In this document: positions 17,850 to 25,660 of the stretch, in pieces | How the letters are laid out: the number at the start of each line of letters is the position of its first letter | How positions within the stretch are numbered: the stretch's first letter is position 1 | Source of the DNA: an uncultured virus (IMG/VR IMGVR_UViG_3300019874_000003) | Lineage: Duplodnaviria > Heunggongvirae > Uroviricota > Caudoviricetes | DNA: 64,000 nucleotides | IMG/VR virus record: IMGVR_UViG_3300019874_000003 | Direction: 5' to 3' (one strand) | Made by a program: the position numbers and the translations under genes | Notes under the pieces: generated by a model | The model's input: only the letters and a program-made list of their open reading frames with translations | Database searches by the model: none | What the model was told of the DNA's origin: nothing

Positions 17850-19406
17850 TCAGCGCGCGGACCATCCGCCGTTGAAGATCCCGCCGTAGAGCTGGCCAGG
17901 GTGGTCATACGCCGCGCCCGCCGCGGGGATCATCTTCGTGAACGATCGCGCGGGGACCGGCTGGAGGAACGATTGCGTGGGAACGGTAGCCATGAGGCCG
18001 CCGCCGCGCACGCCGCCCAGAAGGTCGTTGCCGAGTTCCTCCTCGACGCCGAGTTCCTCCTCGAGACCGAGCTCCTCCTCGACGCCATCGCTGCCGACCG
18101 CGATGTAGTCGGACAGCGTCATGCTGTCGTTGATGGGCGTCGCGCCGACCGCGATGTAGTCACCCATCTGGATGTAGTCGGACATCCCGATCATCGCCTT
18201 GATGCTGGCCGGCGCGAATGCCTGGATCAGCGACTCGGCCAGCGCGATGCCAGAGCCCAGCAGCAGCGCCTCCTTGTGCTTCGCGATGGCGGCCACCTTC
18301 TTGGCTCCGAAGTTAATGCCCACGACGGTCGCGAGCGCCAGCACCGGGTTCGTGAGCGTGCCCAGCGCGGACACGCCCGGGATCATCGGCCCGATCTTCG
18401 ACACGAGCAGACGCGTTCCGTAGAACGCCGCGAGAACCGGGATCGCGCGCTTGGCCAGGTCGACCAGGAATCCGCCGGGGTTCCGGCGGTACCGGCGGCT
18501 GTAGCCCCGCCGCGCCGACCGGCGATGCCGGCGTCGGCTCGACCGGCGATGTCGGCGGCTGGACTTCCGCCGGCGGCGCCGGCTTGGGTTCATCTTGAGG
18601 GTTCCGCCCGCGGTGTACATCCGCGACGGCGGGCCCATGCGGACCGTGCGCGCCGAGTGTGCGGAGACGCGCCGGGTTCGCCGAGAGCGCCTGCGCTTCG
18701 GGGTCGACGAGCGCCGCGCCCGACGCCGGCGCTTGGTGGTCGTCCGGCGCTTGGTGCGCCGAGCGCGGCGGCGCTTCGGGGCGACGGTCGTCGCCTTGCG
18801 AGCGCGACGGCGCTTCTTGGGAGCGCCACTCCGCCGCTTCACCCGGCGGGCGCGGCTGCGCGTGCCATGCCGCTTGTCACCGGCGCGCCGCTTGCGCGTC
18901 TTGCCGGGGCGGCCCCATTTGCCTGCCTTGCGTCGGGCGGCCTGATAGCGCCGCAGGCCCTCCGGCTGTCGCTTCTTCCGTGCCATAGATGTGCTCCTGC
19001 GGGCTCGACGGCCACGCTTGACAGATTTCTTGCGCCGCTTCCCGGGCTTGTAGTTCGCGTGGATCTTCGCGATCGTCCGGTCGAAAGCCGCCGCTTGCGC
19101 GGACGACATCCTTCGCCGTGGCTTCACCCGCTTCCGCTTCGCCGGGTTTCGCTTGGCGAGTCGGACCATATGGCCGTACTTTGTGACCCCGCCATATTTC
19201 TTGTAGTCGAGGCCCAGCTTCGCCTTGCGGTACTTCGGCCGCGAAGTGCTCGTGTGCTTCGTACTGGCTTCCCAGGTGACAAAGTTGTTGCCCTTCCCGC
19301 CGGGCGGAAATGGGTTCCGCCGCGCCCTGCGCCGGCTGGTCGTCACCTTCGCTCGTCCGCGAATCCGTAGACCGCGCCGCTTGCCGTTGACGAAGAGGAT
19401 GGGCAC
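17850..19406 (-). CDS. Arg/Lys-rich (protamine-like) core protein fused to a membrane domain and acidic tail
   Basis: About 345 very basic residues punctuated by RRNP/KRNP/KMNP/RRNP, then hydrophobic helices, DYIAVG x2 and EEELG x3. Confidence 0.75.
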   Translation of the reverse strand: MPILFVNGKRRGLRIRGRAKVTTSRRRARRNPFPPGGKGNNFVTWEASTKHTSTSRPKYRKAKLGLDYKKYGGVTKYGHMVRLAKRNPAKRKRVKPRRRMSSAQAAAFDRTIAKIHANYKPGKRRKKSVKRGRRARRSTSMARKKRQPEGLRRYQAARRKAGKWGRPGKTRKRRAGDKRHGTRSRARRVKRRSGAPKKRRRARKATTVAPKRRRARRTKRRTTTKRRRRARRSSTPKRRRSRRTRRVSAHSARTVRMGPPSRMYTAGGTLKMNPSRRRRRKSSRRHRRSSRRRHRRSARRGYSRRYRRNPGGFLVDLAKRAIPVLAAFYGTRLLVSKIGPMIPGVSALGTLTNPVLALATVVGINFGAKKVAAIAKHKEALLLGSGIALAESLIQAFAPASIKAMIGMSDYIQMGDYIAVGATPINDSMTLSDYIAVGSDGVEEELGLEEELGVEEELGNDLLGGVRGGGLMATVPTQSFLQPVPARSFTKMIPAAGAAYDHPGQLYGGIFNGGWSAR

Positions 19407-19702
19407 AGATCGACAACGCGGGATCGAGCTACTTTAGTCAACCCCCCATTTTCGATTTCTTGCCAGTGTCATTCCTCTGACCCCATGAAATCAGCGAGGA
19501 CGATAACAAGGCTGTCGTCTTCTCTGAGGGTTACGCCTGAGAAACCCGTCACCGTGACGTGGTCAAGCTGACTAGACAGCTTGTCGGCGCGGGCTCCGAG
19601 CGACATGTACGAATCGATCGCACGAACACAGGGGGATTCCGGCCGGGCGCCAGATGCGCTCCCGTCGGCTAATTTCTTATGACGTGGCATGGCTAGGCTC
19701 CT

Positions 19703-20227
19703 TTATGTGCGCCGGCTGGGTGCGTACCTGTCGTACAGCTTCTCGAGCACGGCGCCGATCTTCTCGTTGGCCTCGGCGGCCTTATTGGCGACGACTTCCA
19801 TGTTGGCGGTGTACTCACGCCGCGCCGTGATCTCGTTCTCGCGAGCTATCTCGTAGAGATCGGTGATCGTAGTGGCGTGCTTCTCCACGGCCTCACGGAG
19901 CTTGCGCTCGTACTCGGTGTGAGACTCACGGAGGCGGCGATCGGCCTCCGCCTGGAGCTCGCGGATCTTCTTGTCGAAGTCGGTTCGAAGCTCAACTCGC
20001 TCGAGTGCCCACGCAGAGCGTTCCTTGGCTTGATCGGCGAGCGCAGTCTGGCGCTCCTTGGCTTGTTCGTCGTCCCGCTTGCGCCGCTCGTCTTCGACCG
20101 CCGTCATGCGGCTGGAATAGTACTTGAACAAGAACACAACGGTAGCGGCGAGCGCCGTGACCGCTATGCTTAGGATCACAACCATCGAGGTTGGCGTAGG
20201 AAGATCGGTGCCAGGCGTGGGAATCAT
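19703..20227 (-). CDS. N-terminal TM plus coiled-coil protein
   Basis: One TM segment followed by a long charged helix. Confidence 0.6.
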   Translation of the reverse strand: MIPTPGTDLPTPTSMVVILSIAVTALAATVVFLFKYYSSRMTAVEDERRKRDDEQAKERQTALADQAKERSAWALERVELRTDFDKKIRELQAEADRRLRESHTEYERKLREAVEKHATTITDLYEIARENEITARREYTANMEVVANKAAEANEKIGAVLEKLYDRYAPSRRT

Positions 20228-20739
20228 CCGTCAATACCTCGAGCGAATACGCCCAGGCCGCCTCCCCACATCATGGCGAGTACCTTCGAGCGTGACTGGA
20301 TCACCAGAAGACACTTGCCGTCCGGGGTCGTGTACAGGTCCGGCATCGGCATCGATCCCTCGGCTTCGCACTTGTCGCCGGAGGCGTCCTCGAAGCAGAA
20401 GCCAAGGCACACACCAAGCCGAGTCAGCGCCTCGACGTCGATGAATCGCGCTGGGACATCCACCACTGCGCCGTCGTCGCTCGGCGAGCACGGCAGGTAC
20501 GTGTTCACACCGACGTCGTGCTCATGGATGTAGCTGATCGCGTTACGCGGCTTCTTGAGGGTCTCCGGGTCCGTCTTGTTCGAACTGTAGGTGACCCATT
20601 TCGCACGCCCAGCGATCTGCATCTGCGCGGGAATGCGGAACGATGCCGGGAACGCACCGACTTTCTTGGGCTCGTACCGATGGAACTCTACGTACTTGTC
20701 GATGGCGGCACGCGCGGCGTCTGGGGTCTTGCGGGTCAA
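20224..20739 (-). CDS. Hypothetical globular protein in the morphogenesis operon
   Basis: Overlapping start/stop codons with both neighbours. Confidence 0.6.
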   Translation of the reverse strand: MTRKTPDAARAAIDKYVEFHRYEPKKVGAFPASFRIPAQMQIAGRAKWVTYSSNKTDPETLKKPRNAISYIHEHDVGVNTYLPCSPSDDGAVVDVPARFIDVEALTRLGVCLGFCFEDASGDKCEAEGSMPMPDLYTTPDGKCLLVIQSRSKVLAMMWGGGLGVFARGIDG

Positions 20740-21476
20740 GAGCGACTCTTGGGGAGGAAGTGCGCCTTAACCTCGTCGGCTCTGGTCCAGATGTAGTAGG
20801 CGGCTAGTCCGGCGGCGCCCAACAGGATGTACTGAACCATGCTTAGCACTGCGTCGGCTGCCTTCAGAACTCGTTCCCCCACGGCAGCCACCGCGCCGAC
20901 GAAATCCCGGAGGATCTCAATCAGCAGATCGAATGCTGACTGGAACGCCGCCAGCGCGCCGACCCACCATGGCGTAATGCAGCCGATCACCGCCGCAGTG
21001 ACCATGGCTGAGCTCGCAGCGCCCATTGTGTCGGTCACCCAGCGCTTGAACCCCGGAGCGTTGATGACCCGGATGCCCTGGGCATCAGCATCGCTGGCTG
21101 CCTTCAGGTAGTCGAGGGAGTCCTGACCCTTTCGACCAAGGTCGGTTGTCGCGCGCATGACGCTGTCCTGAGACGCGTTGGGTTCTGCGGCAGCGGCATT
21201 GACTGCAGCCTGTGCCTCACGCACCAGTGCCAGCGTTTGGTTGATGAGCCCGCGGATATCCGCTGACGTGTAGAAACCGGTTGGCTTCCAATTCCTGGCA
21301 AGGTCGTCGATTTTTGCGTCGAATGGCGCCATCGTCTGGTTCGCCGCTGCGAGACATTGCGACTCTGGACTGCCGATACCAAAGTCCTGCTCGAGATCCT
21401 CCACCCATCCAGCAAGGGAGCCTGCTGGCTTACGTGGGCGCGCAATATAGCGTCGTGGTGGCTTCACGTACGTCAT
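20736..21476 (-). CDS. Tail-anchored helical virion membrane protein (MxY family)
   Basis: MTYVKPPRRYIARPRKPAGSLAGW...; C-terminal TM. Confidence 0.7.
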   Translation of the reverse strand: MTYVKPPRRYIARPRKPAGSLAGWVEDLEQDFGIGSPESQCLAAANQTMAPFDAKIDDLARNWKPTGFYTSADIRGLINQTLALVREAQAAVNAAAAEPNASQDSVMRATTDLGRKGQDSLDYLKAASDADAQGIRVINAPGFKRWVTDTMGAASSAMVTAAVIGCITPWWVGALAAFQSAFDLLIEILRDFVGAVAAVGERVLKAADAVLSMVQYILLGAAGLAAYYIWTRADEVKAHFLPKSRS

Positions 21477-21766
21477 CGGAACATCCTCCAGGCCACGAAG
21501 GCCACAAGCGCGTAGGCGATCAGGTGTGTCGAGTCGGTGATTCCGTCGGCGCCGTTCAGACTAGCGATCCGCCCCTGCGGCATCTCGCCAGTTCCGACCT
21601 TGCGAGCGCCAATCGGAAGCTTCCACAACGCGCGGTCAGGCGACGTCCCGGCTTCGCCCATGGATCGCACCACGGGCGGCGACCCAGCATGAGTTCCACC
21701 GGGACCGGGCGCGTCGTAGTAGTCGTACGCGTGCCGCGTGTAGTCGTAGACCGAGTACCGGCTCAT
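21473..21766 (-). CDS. Small tail-anchored membrane protein
   Basis: MSRYSVYDY...RSMGEAG...LIAYALVAFVAWRMFR. Confidence 0.65.
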   Translation of the reverse strand: MSRYSVYDYTRHAYDYYDAPGPGGTHAGSPPVVRSMGEAGTSPDRALWKLPIGARKVGTGEMPQGRIASLNGADGITDSTHLIAYALVAFVAWRMFR

Positions 21767-21771
21767 TGCGC

Positions 21772-22125
21772 TTAGTGCTTCTTCTTCAGGAGCATCCATG
21801 CAGCAACGGCCGCGGCGATCCCAAGCGTGATGACGCCGCCCGGGATCGCATCCACGATGCCGGACAAGCTCGGCGCCGCCGAACCGCATCCGCACGACCC
21901 GGAGCACGAGCACCCACCCAGCCCGCTCAGGCCAGAGCCGTCAATGACCTCAGGCGCGCCCGGGCGCGCCTGAGGTCATTGACGGCTCTCGAGCGTCGAG
22001 TGGTCGAGCGACGATCCGCCTCCCAGCGACCCGAGCGCAACGGAATCAGCCGCGCGCGATTGCATCGGCGCGACTTGCCCCCAGCGAATCAGGGGGGCGC
22101 CATCACGTTGGTATGCGTACTTCAT
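21772..22125 (-). pseudogene. MxY-family membrane protein gene interrupted by an in-frame TGA inside a palindrome
   Basis: MKYAYQR...LGSLGG...ESRQ*PQARPGAPEVIDGSGLSGLGGCSC...IAAAVAAWMLLKKKH in one frame; stop at 21976-21978. Confidence 0.7.
21934..21989. repeat. Perfect 56-bp palindrome
   Basis: AGAGCCGTCAATGACCTCAGGCGCGCCC | GGGCGCGCCTGAGGTCATTGACGGCTCT. Confidence 0.95.
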
Positions 22126-22364
22126 GGACACGTCTTCTTTTCCCCGAAGCCCTGGGCGACGGCAATGGGAACGGCCGCCGCCGGCACCAGCCGACCAGCG
22201 AATCCGTAGAGGAGCGCCCAGACGATTGATCCGGTGCGCCGGTAGCCGTGGTAGGTGAGCGCGATCGCCGCCGCCGTCTTGACGGGTTCGCTGGTGACCG
22301 CATCGCGGAGCGTGGTGGTCGTAGCCGGCACCGCAGTATCGCCGAGTTGCTTCGTATACATCAT
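22122..22364 (-). CDS. Small membrane protein (MxY family)
   Basis: MMYTKQLGD...YHGYRRTGSIVWALLYG...AVAQGFG. Confidence 0.7.
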   Translation of the reverse strand: MMYTKQLGDTAVPATTTTLRDAVTSEPVKTAAAIALTYHGYRRTGSIVWALLYGFAGRLVPAAAVPIAVAQGFGEKKTCP

Positions 22365-23020
22365 CGCTTCCCCCGTCGCTTCTTGGCTCCGGTCATGAGC
22401 AGGTACCCGATGCCGCCGGCCAATCCAACGATCGCGATCTTCTCCACGCCCGAAAGCTGGCCCAGCATCCCCAGTACGCCGGCATCAGGCGGCACAACCG
22501 TCTTGCCGCTCTTGGTGAGGATACTGGGAGGATTCGAGAACAGTGGCCCGCTGACCGTGGCCGGCGCGCCCAGCGAGTCCGCGACCGCTTTCACCTGGAC
22601 GCTCAACACGTCGACGTCAGGCGCGATTCCGGTGCATGCCGACGCGTCGCCCATCACGCTACCCGCGGCGATCGCCTGAACCTGCCGGAACAGCGTTAGC
22701 GTCCCCGGGCCGATCGCACCATCCGACGAGATCTTCGAGAACCCCTTCATCTGCGCCACGCGATTCAGCTGGTTCTGCAACTCGCGCGAGGCTGCGAGCG
22801 CCGGGAAGTTCTGCGGCTTGCACACGCCGCCAATGTTCGTGAAGTCAGATGCCGACGTCGAGGTCCCGCCGCTGGCGGTCTGGTCAACGTTGTCGTTCGG
22901 ATCCAGATCGACACCGAACAGCACGCTGACAATCTCGTCGAAGAGTCCGAGACTCGCACCGGAATTCAAGCCGGTGTTCGGCCGTCCGGCGACGAGCACC
23001 GGGCTCCTGGTGTACGTCAT
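22361..23020 (-). CDS. Tail-anchored protein with a possible peptidoglycan-binding-like segment (MxY family)
   Basis: MTYTRSP...SLG; LQNQLNR...DGAIGPGT; TM plus KKRRGKR. Confidence 0.65.
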   Translation of the reverse strand: MTYTRSPVLVAGRPNTGLNSGASLGLFDEIVSVLFGVDLDPNDNVDQTASGGTSTSASDFTNIGGVCKPQNFPALAASRELQNQLNRVAQMKGFSKISSDGAIGPGTLTLFRQVQAIAAGSVMGDASACTGIAPDVDVLSVQVKAVADSLGAPATVSGPLFSNPPSILTKSGKTVVPPDAGVLGMLGQLSGVEKIAIVGLAGGIGYLLMTGAKKRRGKR

Positions 23021-23023
23021 CGC

Positions 23024-23485
23024 TCAACGTCCCTTCTTGGTGAAGTGCCGATAGAGGAGGTAGGCCCCGATCCCGTAGGTGAATATCCCGCCGGGAACGT
23101 CTGGGAGGAAGTCGAGAGGACCGCCCACTGCCATCGGGACGCCATCATTCACGATGCCCGCTCGCGGTGCGCGGTGACCGTGCTTGCGCGCGGCAATGAT
23201 CGCCGTGATCGACGCCGACCACGGCTGCACGTTCCAGTTGGGGCCAACGACACTCAAGAGCGCGTTCGCGGTCGCGAGGTCGAGCTCTCCGCTGTCGGGG
23301 ACGTCGTGGTACCCGAGTTGGAACAGCGACCGCTGGATGTGCTGCACCATCAGGATGATCTGAGCCGACTTCGGATCAGTCGTCGAGGGTGAGATCATCA
23401 TGTACGGGATGGCCATCGTCGCGTTGAAGTTGCCCATACCGATGCCGGTCAGGAGCTCGCGGACGTTCATGGAGGTGGCGCTCAT
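23024..23485 (-). CDS. Tail-anchored protein with a possible peptidoglycan-binding-like segment
   Basis: TGIGMG; IQRSLFQLGY...SGELDLATANAL; C-terminal hydrophobic segment plus KKGR. Confidence 0.6.
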   Translation of the reverse strand: MSATSMNVRELLTGIGMGNFNATMAIPYMMISPSTTDPKSAQIILMVQHIQRSLFQLGYHDVPDSGELDLATANALLSVVGPNWNVQPWSASITAIIAARKHGHRAPRAGIVNDGVPMAVGGPLDFLPDVPGGIFTYGIGAYLLYRHFTKKGR

Positions 23486-25008
23486 GTGGCCTTCGGGTGT
23501 TTCTTGGATCGTTTGTCGTCCATGAAGAGAAGCGCGAGAACGACCGCGCCACCGCCCAGCAATGCCAGTGGCAAGATGGACGAGGACGGCGCGACCACGG
23601 GCGGTGGCGGCGGTGGCGAACCACCACATGCGCCCTTGGCGAGGTTTGCGCCAGCCTGCCCGGCTGCGGCCCCGGCCATAGGCGGGACCCCGACCACCAT
23701 ACCCCCGGCAGCCCCGGCCGCCGCGGCGACTCCAGGCGTGTTAACCAGGCCGCAAGCGAGATCGCCAAGCTTGTCGAGACCCTTCTCGATTGCGTTGCCG
23801 ATGGCTTTGCCGGCGTCTACGACCCCGCCGACGACAGCTCCGCCGGCATCGTAGACCGCATTGGCGCCCGTAACCACGCCGCCGACGACCGCACCACCCG
23901 CATCGTAGACCGCGTTCGCTCCCGTAACGACCCCGCCGACGACAGCTCCGCCGGCATCGTAGACCGCATTGGCGCCCGTAACCACGCCGCCGACGACCGC
24001 ACCACCCGCATCGTAGACCGCGGTGCCGCCCGTGACGGCGCCACCCACGACGGCAGCTCCGGTATCGTAGACCGCTCCGGCCCCAGTCGCGATACCAGAA
24101 CCGACCGTGTTGACAATCCCACTGGCGACGTTCACCGGCAGGTTGATGATAGCGCCAATGATCCCGCCACCGGTGTCGCTGGGATGCGCACAGCGGGTCG
24201 CCGTCGGGTTGGCCTGGCAGTAGGCGTACGTCGCGGCATCCGCAGCGGCCTGTTGCTGCTGGAGCGTGAGCACGGTCTTGTTTGCGCCGCCGCCGCTCGC
24301 ACCGGTTTTCGAGCTACCCTCCCTCACGGGTGCCGCACCGAGCGCGGATGGCCCCCTGTTGCCATAGCACCCCAGGCCCAGGAGAGAGGAGGCCTGGGGT
24401 GCAGTCCTACGCAGACCCGTGTTGATGATCTCCGCAGCAATGCCTGCGGACATCGCACGCGCCAGCGCTTGCGGGAACGCCGCGGCGGGCTTCGCACCCT
24501 GAGCGACGTAGCGCTTGAAGATGTCCTGGGTGCGGGTCCAGAGCGACTTGTCGACCCTGTCCAGGATCTTCTTCATCACCTCCGCACGCCGCCCCGCCGG
24601 GAACGGCGACACCTGGGCAATGAGCATCTGGGCCGCGCGCGAGCCGTAGTCCTCGAACAGCGCGGGTAGCGGCTGATCATCGCCGAGCGGCTGAACTGAG
24701 ACCACCTTGCCGCCCCCGGGGAGGCGCTGCTCCTTGACGACCTGCGGGCGCTGGTTCAGCCACACGGGCACCTTCGGCCCGTTGTACGACCCGGACGGTT
24801 GCCACTTCGTGGTGAATGTACCCTGGCCGTATCCTTCATCCTCGACGTACTGAGGCACGGCGTAGCCGCCCGTGCCGACCTTCGGGTTGTCGTACGAACC
24901 GCGAGGCTGCCACTTCGTGATGAAGGCCCGGCGCTCGATGCCTTCGTCCTCGACGTTCTTGGGGAGGACGAATCCAGGGCTCCAGGGAGGCGGTAGGTTA
25001 TATGCCAT
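23482..25008 (-). CDS. Large tail-anchored virion protein with 18-aa repeats (MxY family)
   Basis: MAYNLPP...LLGLGC...; (GANAVYDAGGAVVGGVVT)n; poly-Pro; TM plus basic tail. Confidence 0.7.
   Translation of the reverse strand: MAYNLPPPWSPGFVLPKNVEDEGIERRAFITKWQPRGSYDNPKVGTGGYAVPQYVEDEGYGQGTFTTKWQPSGSYNGPKVPVWLNQRPQVVKEQRLPGGGKVVSVQPLGDDQPLPALFEDYGSRAAQMLIAQVSPFPAGRRAEVMKKILDRVDKSLWTRTQDIFKRYVAQGAKPAAAFPQALARAMSAGIAAEIINTGLRRTAPQASSLLGLGCYGNRGPSALGAAPVREGSSKTGASGGGANKTVLTLQQQQAAADAATYAYCQANPTATRCAHPSDTGGGIIGAIINLPVNVASGIVNTVGSGIATGAGAVYDTGAAVVGGAVTGGTAVYDAGGAVVGGVVTGANAVYDAGGAVVGGVVTGANAVYDAGGAVVGGVVTGANAVYDAGGAVVGGVVDAGKAIGNAIEKGLDKLGDLACGLVNTPGVAAAAGAAGGMVVGVPPMAGAAAGQAGANLAKGACGGSPPPPPPVVAPSSSILPLALLGGGAVVLALLFMDDKRSKKHPKAT
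23817..24075 (-). repeat. About five 54-bp coding tandem repeats
   Basis: GCATCGTAGACCGC recurs with a 54-nt period; boundaries approximate. Confidence 0.85.
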
Positions 25009-25016
25009 GATGTCCT

Positions 25017-25628
25017 TCAGGCCACGATCGGCCACGATGCCGCGGCCTTGATCCGCCGCAGCATTTCGGGGGTTTTCTCCGCAGCGACCGGATCAAGGAC
25101 GATCTGGCACCGGGTGCGCGGCTCGAGCGCCCGCGTGAACACGTGAGAGTATTGCTGCGTGCCTTCGAAGAACATCTTCGCGAAGGCAACCGTCATGAAC
25201 TCAGCCTTGCCACCGACCGCAAGCACTGCAGCGGCTAGCCAGGTCGCCATGTCGTCGCAATCGAGCGACGGCCGGTGGCCGGCCATGATCTGCTGGCTCA
25301 CCAGGTACGGCGCGCGAACGAGCTCGACGCGGCGCGGGTCCCGCATGTACCGAGTACGCTGTAGCAGGAAGTGGTACAGCGCAGCATACTCGGACGTGTA
25401 GTCCTTGCTATCGAGGCCCTCGCACACCGACTCGGCGAGTTGCCGGGTGTCGAAGTGGCTGGCGTCCTCGAGCACGGCCTTGCGCATGACCGCGATGGTC
25501 TGCGGCGCGCCCGAGTACTCCATCTTGGAGGTCGGCGCCTGGTCCGGCAACCAGAACAGACGCGCCCCGCCGTACCCACCACCCGATAGAGAGGGCGGGA
25601 TTCGAACGTTATGTCGGGGGCCGGTCAA
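25017..25628 (-). CDS. Transglutaminase-like (Cys-His-Asp) protein, candidate maturation protease
   Basis: RYMRDP..VELV, LDCDDM, YSHVF, VLDPV. Confidence 0.8.
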   Translation of the reverse strand: MTGPRHNVRIPPSLSGGGYGGARLFWLPDQAPTSKMEYSGAPQTIAVMRKAVLEDASHFDTRQLAESVCEGLDSKDYTSEYAALYHFLLQRTRYMRDPRRVELVRAPYLVSQQIMAGHRPSLDCDDMATWLAAAVLAVGGKAEFMTVAFAKMFFEGTQQYSHVFTRALEPRTRCQIVLDPVAAEKTPEMLRRIKAAASWPIVA

Positions 25629-25660
25629 CCATTTGCCTTCACCCGGAAAAGATGGAGGCT

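Noticed and set aside
21934..21989. Protelomerase telomere site or selenocysteine insertion signal
   Set aside because: The palindrome is GC-rich and intragenic. The recombinase looks like an ordinary integrase rather than a protelomerase. The UGA lies within the stem and is not in a redox-motif context.
23817..24075. Possible CRISPR array (also considered for 9670-10312)
   Set aside because: Periods are multiples of 3, lie in frame within proteins and lack unique spacers; no cas genes are present.
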